This document shows positions 58,999 through 64,000 of a stretch of 64,000 nt of DNA, piece by piece. The DNA lies in the NCBI GenBank assembly GCA_020248665.1, contig JADCHE010000036.1, positions 1,996 through 65,995 on the forward strand, written 5' to 3'. The notes below the pieces were generated by a model. The model searched no databases. It saw nothing but the letters and a program-made list of their open reading frames with translations, and was not told where the DNA came from. Origin of the DNA: Burkholderiales bacterium (GTDB lineage Bacteria; Pseudomonadota; Gammaproteobacteria; Burkholderiales; Burkholderiaceae_E). Both the position numbers and the translations under genes were made by a program. Within the stretch, counting starts at the first letter, position 1, and every line of letters begins with the position of its first letter.

Positions 58999-59696
58999 GG
59001 CGCCGCCCCGATGCCGCGGCGCACGCGCCGGGCGAGCCACTCCGAGGCGACGAGCGCGAGCACCGAGACGGCGATCGCAACCAGCGTCAGCCGCATCGCG
59101 GTCGCATCGCCGCCCGGCGTCTGCGTCGCCGCATAGATCGCCGACGGCAGCGTGCGCGTCTCGCCGGGGATGCTCGAGACGAAGGTGATCGTCGCGCCGA
59201 ACTCGCCGAGCGCCTTCGCGAAGCACAGGATCGCGCCGGCGAGGATGCCGGGCGCGGCGAGCGGCAGCGTCACCGTCGCGAACGACCACGCTGGTCGCGC
59301 GCCGAGCGTCGCCGAGGCCGCGACCAGCCGCGGGTCGACCGCCTCGATCGACAGCCGGATCGCGCGGACCATCAGCGGGAAGCCCATCACCGCGCAGGCG
59401 AGCGCGGCGCCGGTCCAGCGGAACGACAGCACCAGGCCGAAGGTCGACTCGAGCCACGCGCCGACCGGCCCGCGCCGGCCGAACGCGAGCAGCAGCAGGT
59501 AGCCGGTGACGACCGGCGGCATCACCAGCGGCAGGTGGACCAGCGCGTCGAGCGCGGTCTTGCCCCAGAACCGGCCGCGCGCGAGCACGGTCGCCACCGC
59601 GATCGCGAGCGGCAGCGAGGCGAGCGTCGCGACCGCGGCGACCTTCAGGCTCAGCCGCAGCGCGGTCCAGTCGTCCGGCGTCAGGCCGAGGAGCAC
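58995..59696 (-). CDS. modB: molybdate ABC transporter permease
   Basis: LPLVMPPVVTGYLLLLAFGRRGPVG and the EAA-loop AATLGARPAWSFATVTLPLAAPGI are typical ModB. GTG start. Confidence 0.88.
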   Translation of the reverse strand: MLLGLTPDDWTALRLSLKVAAVATLASLPLAIAVATVLARGRFWGKTALDALVHLPLVMPPVVTGYLLLLAFGRRGPVGAWLESTFGLVLSFRWTGAALACAVMGFPLMVRAIRLSIEAVDPRLVAASATLGARPAWSFATVTLPLAAPGILAGAILCFAKALGEFGATITFVSSIPGETRTLPSAIYAATQTPGGDATAMRLTLVAIAVSVLALVASEWLARRVRRGIGAAP

Positions 59697-59709
59697 GCGC
59701 GGGCCGTCC

Positions 59710-60498
59710 TCAGCGCGGCGCCGGCGCGAAGCCGTGCGCGGCGAAGACCGCGACGCCCGCGGGTGAGCGCAGCCAGTCTAGGAACGCCGCGGCGCGCGCG
59801 GAGCGCGACGACGCGACGACGGCCGCCGGATAGACGATCGGCGGGTGGCTCGCCTCGGGGAACGTGTCGACGACGCGCACCCGCGGCTCCGCGCGCGCGT
59901 CGGTCGCGTAGACGATGCCGAGCGGCGCCTCGCCGCGCGCGACCAGCGTCAGCGCGACGCGGACGTTCTCGGCCTGCGCGAGCCGCCCCGCGACCGAGGG
60001 CCAGGCGCCGAGCGATTCGAGCGCCGCCTTCGCGTAGCGGCCGGCCGGCACGGCGGCGACGTCGCCGACCGCGAGCCGCCCGCCGGGCCCGAGCGCGTCG
60101 GCGAGCGCGACGCCCGGGGCGAGCCGAAGCGCCGGCGCCGGCCCGGCGGACGGGCCGATCAGCACCAGCCGGTTCGACGCGAGCGTCGCACGCGTGCCGG
60201 CGCGCAGCAGGCCGCCGCGCTCGAGATGGTCCATCCAGTCGCGGTCGGCCGAGACGAACAGGTCGGCGGGCGCACCCTGCTCGATCTGGCGCGCGAGCGC
60301 CGACGACGCGGCGTAGGACAGCAACGGAGGCGGCCCGCCGCGCTCGCGCGCGAACGCGGCCGCCGCGGCGTCCAGCCCCTCCTTGAGGCTCGCGGCGGCG
60401 AACACCACGGGATCGGCCCGCGCGACGGCGGGCACCAGGATGAGCGCCAGTGCCGCGGCGAGCAGCGGCACCGCGATCCGGCGCAGGAACGGGCGCAT
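59710..60498 (-). CDS. modA: molybdate ABC transporter substrate-binding protein
   Basis: Signal peptide, VFAAASL, FVSADRDWMD, VAIGDVAAVPAGRYAKAAL, and LGIVYATDA are ModA family patterns. Confidence 0.85.
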   Translation of the reverse strand: MRPFLRRIAVPLLAAALALILVPAVARADPVVFAAASLKEGLDAAAAAFARERGGPPPLLSYAASSALARQIEQGAPADLFVSADRDWMDHLERGGLLRAGTRATLASNRLVLIGPSAGPAPALRLAPGVALADALGPGGRLAVGDVAAVPAGRYAKAALESLGAWPSVAGRLAQAENVRVALTLVARGEAPLGIVYATDARAEPRVRVVDTFPEASHPPIVYPAAVVASSRSARAAAFLDWLRSPAGVAVFAAHGFAPAPR

Positions 60499-60528
60499 CG
60501 GGGAAAGGCTCCGGCTCGGTGGAGCCGG

Positions 60529-60552
60529 TGTTATATCCCGTCGGATATAGCG
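60529..60552. promoter_or_regulatory. ModE-box-like palindrome upstream of modA
   Basis: The minus strand reads CGCTATAT-CCGACGGG-ATATAACA, close to the E. coli-type Mo-box CGCTATATA-N-TATATAACG. It is the only A/T-rich patch in the 88-nt spacer, 31-54 nt upstream of the modA ATG. Confidence 0.55.
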
Positions 60553-60586
60553 ACCGCAAGCCCGCGCAGGCCGGGCCGCGCCGGGC

Positions 60587-61675
60587 TCAGGTGTTCTGCA
60601 CGACGATCGATGGGAACTTCGACGAGCTGTCCTTGGCGCGCTCCGCGATCTTCACCGCGACGCGCCGCGCGATCGCCTTGTACGCCTGCGCGATCGCGCC
60701 GTCCGGCTCGGCCACCACCGTCGGGCGGCCGGAGTCGGTCTGCTCGCGGATCCGGATGTCGAGCGGCAGGCCGCCGAGGTACTCGACGTCGTAGTCCTTC
60801 GCCATCCGCTCGCCGCCGCCCGCGCCGAAGATGTGCTCGGCGTGGCCGCATTTCGAGCAGAGGTGGATCGCCATGTTCTCGACGATGCCGAGGATCGGGA
60901 TGCCGACCTTCTCGAACATCTTCAGGCCCTTGCGGGCGTCGAGCAGCGCGATGTCCTGCGGCGTGGTGACGATGACCGCGCCGGTCACCGGGATCTTCTG
61001 CGACAGCGTCAGGTGGATGTCGCCGGTCCCGGGCGGCATGTCGACGATGAGGTAGTCGAGGTCGCGCCAGTTGGTCTCGCGCAGCAGCTGCTCGAGGGCC
61101 TGCGTGACCATCGGCCCGCGCCAGACCATCGGCGTGTCGGTGTCGATCAGGAAGCCGATCGAGCTCGCCTGGATGCCGTGGCCCTCCATCGGCTCGAGGG
61201 TCTTGCCGTCGACGGTCTCCGGCTTGCCGCTGATGCCGAGCATCTGCGGCTGCGAGGGGCCATAGATGTCGGCATCGAGCATGCCGACGGTGGCGCCCTC
61301 GGCCGCGAGCGCGAGTGCGAGGTTGACCGCGGTGGTGCTCTTGCCGACGCCGCCCTTGCCCGAGGCGACGGCGACGATGTTCTTCACGCCGGGCAGCAGC
61401 TTGACGCCGCGCTGCACCGAGTGCGCGACGATCTTCTGGTAGACGTTCGCGCTGACGTTCGCGACGCCCGGCAGCACTCGGATCGCGTCGATGACCGCGC
61501 GACGGATCGGGTCGACCTGGCTCCTCGCCGGATAGCCGAGCTCCACGTCGACGCTGACGTGGCCGCCGTCGACCCGGATGTTCCTCGCGGACTTCGACGA
61601 GGCGAGGTCCTTGCCGGTGTTGGGGTCGACGACGCCTGCCAGCGCCGCGCCCACCTGCTCGACCGTGACGGTCAT
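60587..61675 (-). CDS. apbC: Fe-S cluster carrier ATPase ApbC/Mrp
   Basis: N-terminal DUF59-like segment, deviant Walker [19 protein letters not shown], and the CxxC motif [11 protein letters not shown] at 61675 lies inside spurious ORF 60587..63781. Confidence 0.92.
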   Translation of the reverse strand: MTVTVEQVGAALAGVVDPNTGKDLASSKSARNIRVDGGHVSVDVELGYPARSQVDPIRRAVIDAIRVLPGVANVSANVYQKIVAHSVQRGVKLLPGVKNIVAVASGKGGVGKSTTAVNLALALAAEGATVGMLDADIYGPSQPQMLGISGKPETVDGKTLEPMEGHGIQASSIGFLIDTDTPMVWRGPMVTQALEQLLRETNWRDLDYLIVDMPPGTGDIHLTLSQKIPVTGAVIVTTPQDIALLDARKGLKMFEKVGIPILGIVENMAIHLCSKCGHAEHIFGAGGGERMAKDYDVEYLGGLPLDIRIREQTDSGRPTVVAEPDGAIAQAYKAIARRVAVKIAERAKDSSSKFPSIVVQNT

Positions 61676-61840
61676 GATCGCTCCAGGAACGCTGCCGATG
61701 AACGGTCGCGGCGCCCGCCGCAGACCGGGCACGGAGTCTATCCGAAACGCGATGCCCCGGCGCCCGCCACGGTCGGCGCGGCCCGCCCGCGCGCTAAACT
61801 CGACATCCTTCCCGGCCACGCCCGGCCACCGAGACCCCCA

Positions 61841-63958
61841 ATGCCCCGGCGCCTCTTCGTCACCACCGCCCTGCCCTACGCGAACGGCTCGTTCCACATC
61901 GGCCACATCATGGAGTACATCCAGGCCGACATCTGGGTGCGGTTCCAGCGGATGCAGGGCCACGAGGTGCACTTCGTCTGCGCCGACGACGCGCACGGCG
62001 CGGCGATCATGCTCAAGGCCGAGGCGGAGGGCATCACGCCGCAGCAGCTGGTCGCGCGCATCGCGGCCGAGCGGCCGAAGTACCTCGACGGCTTCCACGT
62101 CTCGTTCGACCACTGGCACAGCACCGACTCGCCCGAGAACGTCGAGCTGTCGCAGGACATCTACCGCAAGCTGCGCGCGGCCGGCCTGATCGCGACGCGG
62201 ACCATCGAGCAGTTCCACGACCCGGTCAAGGGCATGTTCCTGCCCGACCGCTACATCAAGGGCGAGTGCCCGACCTGCGGCGCGAAGGACCAGTACGGCG
62301 ACTCCTGCGAGGTCTGCGGCGCGGTCTACGCGCCGACCGACCTGAAGAACCCGTACTCGACGATCACCGGCGCGACGCCGGTGCTGCGCCAGTCGGAGCA
62401 CTACTTCTTCTCGCTGTCCGACCCGCGCTGCGTCGAGTTCCTGAAGGGCTGGGCGCTCGACGGCCGGCTGCAGCCGGAGGTCGCGAACAAGGCGCGCGAG
62501 TGGCTCGAGGGCACCGCGGCCGCCGACGGCACGAGGAGCGGCGGGCTCGCCGACTGGGACATCTCGCGCGACGCGCCGTACTTCGGCATCCCGATCCCCG
62601 ACGCGCCCGGCAAGTACTTCTACGTGTGGCTCGACGCGCCGATCGGCTACCTCGCGTCGCTGAAGGCGAACTGCGCCAAGCGCGGCCTCGACTTCGCGTC
62701 CTTCGTCGCGCCCGACGCCGACGTCGAGCAGGTGCACTTCATCGGCAAGGACATCATCTACTTCCACACGCTCTTCTGGCCCGCGATGCTGAAGTTCGCC
62801 GGCTACAAGGTGCCCGACCGCGTGAACGTGCACGGCTTCATCACCGTGTCCGGCGAGAAGATGAGCAAGTCCCGCGGCACGGGGCTCTCGCCGCTGCGCT
62901 ACATCGAGCTCGGCATGAACCCCGAGTGGCTGCGCTACTACCTCGCCGCGAAGCTCAACGCGCGCGTCGAGGACATCGACTTCAACCCCGAGGACTTCGT
63001 CGCGCGGGTGAACTCCGACCTCGTCGGCAAGCTGGTCAACATCGCGAGCCGCTGCGCGGGCTTCCTCGTCAAGCGCTTCGACGGCCGCCTCGCCCCGCTG
63101 GACCACGGCGCCCACGAGGGCTTCGCGAAGCCCTGGGCCGGGCCGGAGGCGGTCGCCGCGCTCTACGAGCAGCGCGAGTACGGCAAGGCGATCCGCGAGG
63201 TGATGCAGCTCGCCGACGCGGTGAACCAGTACGTCGACGCCGAGAAGCCCTGGGAGCTCGCGAAGGACCCGGCGCGCGCGGCCGACCTGCACCGCTGCTG
63301 CTCGACCGCGCTGCGCGCGTTCCGCGACCTGGTGCTGCTGCTCGCGCCGGTGCTGCCGGCGATGGCGCAGCAGGTGCGCGCGTTCATGAACCTGCCCTCG
63401 CTCGACTGGGCCGCGCTGGATGCGCCGCTGCCCGCGGGGCACCGGATCGAGGCCTACCGGCACCTGACGACGCGGGTCGACCCGAAGCAGCTCGACGCGC
63501 TGTTCGAGCCGCCCGTGGCCGCCGCGCCCGCCGCTGGCGCGAAGGCCGCGCCGCCCGCGCCCACCCAGGCCGCTTCGCAGGCCGAGGCGAAGTCCACCGC
63601 CCCCGCGTCCGCGCCACCGGAGGGTACGATCTCGATCGACGACTTCGCGAAGGTCGACCTGCGGATCGCGCGGATCGTCGCGGCCGAGCGCGTCGAGGGC
63701 TCGGACAAGCTGCTGCGGCTGACGCTCGACGCGGGCGAAGGCCGCACCCGCACGGTCTTCTCCGGGATCCGCTCGTGGCACGCGCCCGAGTCGCTGGTCG
63801 GGCGCCTGACGGTGATGGTCGCGAACCTCGCGCCGCGCAAGATGAAGTTCGGGCTGTCCGAGGGCATGGTGCTCGCCGCGTCGTTCCCCGACGATGGCGG
63901 CGGCGTGTTCCTGCTCGAACCGCAGGATGGCGCCCAGCCGGGCATGAAGGTCAAGTGA
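61841..63958 (+). CDS. metG: methionine--tRNA ligase (with a C-terminal tRNA-binding domain)
   Basis: [15 protein letters not shown] (HIGH), the Zn knuckle [23 protein letters not shown], and the C-terminal Trbp111-like [23 protein letters not shown]. It is divergent from apbC, which is the usual synteny. Confidence 0.95.
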   Translation: MPRRLFVTTALPYANGSFHIGHIMEYIQADIWVRFQRMQGHEVHFVCADDAHGAAIMLKAEAEGITPQQLVARIAAERPKYLDGFHVSFDHWHSTDSPENVELSQDIYRKLRAAGLIATRTIEQFHDPVKGMFLPDRYIKGECPTCGAKDQYGDSCEVCGAVYAPTDLKNPYSTITGATPVLRQSEHYFFSLSDPRCVEFLKGWALDGRLQPEVANKAREWLEGTAAADGTRSGGLADWDISRDAPYFGIPIPDAPGKYFYVWLDAPIGYLASLKANCAKRGLDFASFVAPDADVEQVHFIGKDIIYFHTLFWPAMLKFAGYKVPDRVNVHGFITVSGEKMSKSRGTGLSPLRYIELGMNPEWLRYYLAAKLNARVEDIDFNPEDFVARVNSDLVGKLVNIASRCAGFLVKRFDGRLAPLDHGAHEGFAKPWAGPEAVAALYEQREYGKAIREVMQLADAVNQYVDAEKPWELAKDPARAADLHRCCSTALRAFRDLVLLLAPVLPAMAQQVRAFMNLPSLDWAALDAPLPAGHRIEAYRHLTTRVDPKQLDALFEPPVAAAPAAGAKAAPPAPTQAASQAEAKSTAPASAPPEGTISIDDFAKVDLRIARIVAAERVEGSDKLLRLTLDAGEGRTRTVFSGIRSWHAPESLVGRLTVMVANLAPRKMKFGLSEGMVLAASFPDDGGGVFLLEPQDGAQPGMKVK

Positions 63959-64000
63959 GACCGCGTGGCCGCGCGACGGTGACCGCGGCCACGACGGCCG

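Noticed and set aside
60499-60586. Molybdenum-cofactor (Moco) riboswitch upstream of modA.
   Set aside because: The spacer is only 88 nt and is largely occupied by the ModE-box-like palindrome and a short 6-bp hairpin. I could not recognise the multi-stem Moco motif. This needs cmscan to be definitive.

Overview
This is a high-GC chromosomal segment (about 70-80 % G+C in hand-counted samples). The proteins look betaproteobacterial (Burkholderiales/Rhodocyclales-like), but I cannot verify the taxon without a search. I call 57 protein-coding loci, including one nonsense-interrupted pseudogene and one edge-truncated gene. I found no rRNA, tRNA or CRISPR array.

Gene order, left to right:
- thioesterase, then a MarR regulator with an MFS transporter
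- DnaQ-exonuclease/GIY-YIG fusion
- LivHMGF-type ABC transporter with an acyl-CoA ligase and a binding protein
- acyl-CoA dehydrogenase
- an A/T-richer islet of about 4.3 kb (about 13.9-18.2 kb). It holds an N-acyltransferase and a membrane ICMT-type methyltransferase, and its edges fall inside a hybrid histidine kinase and a 7TMR-DISM/PAS/GGDEF/EAL protein
- His-rich 3-hydroxyacyl-CoA-dehydrogenase C-terminal fragment, a crotonase, and a NUDIX-MBL fusion
- pnp-rpsO
- nonsense-interrupted alpha/beta hydrolase
- leuA, then an EamA transporter
- dcd (dCTP deaminase) interrupted by a 412-aa LAGLIDADG intein
- form-II-type Mo-hydroxylase cluster (S-L-M plus MoxR, VWA, CoxG, XdhC)
- rcoM-like PAS-LytTR regulator followed by a form-I CO dehydrogenase operon (coxMSLGDEF), then a MocA-like gene, a 2OG-oxygenase-like gene and a membrane protein
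- bacterial tungsten aldehyde oxidoreductase cluster (aorABC-like plus a MoaD-like gene) with two ModE-type regulators and modABC
- apbC and metG

Most noteworthy:
- the dcd intein
- the mosaic low-GC signalling/lipid-modification islet
- the His-rich insert
- the duplicated cox maturation sets
- three phased TTnnnG-type repeats in front of coxM
- Cys-Cys motifs on the CoxF tail

All functional calls rest on my recognition of motifs in the supplied translations. No database search was possible.
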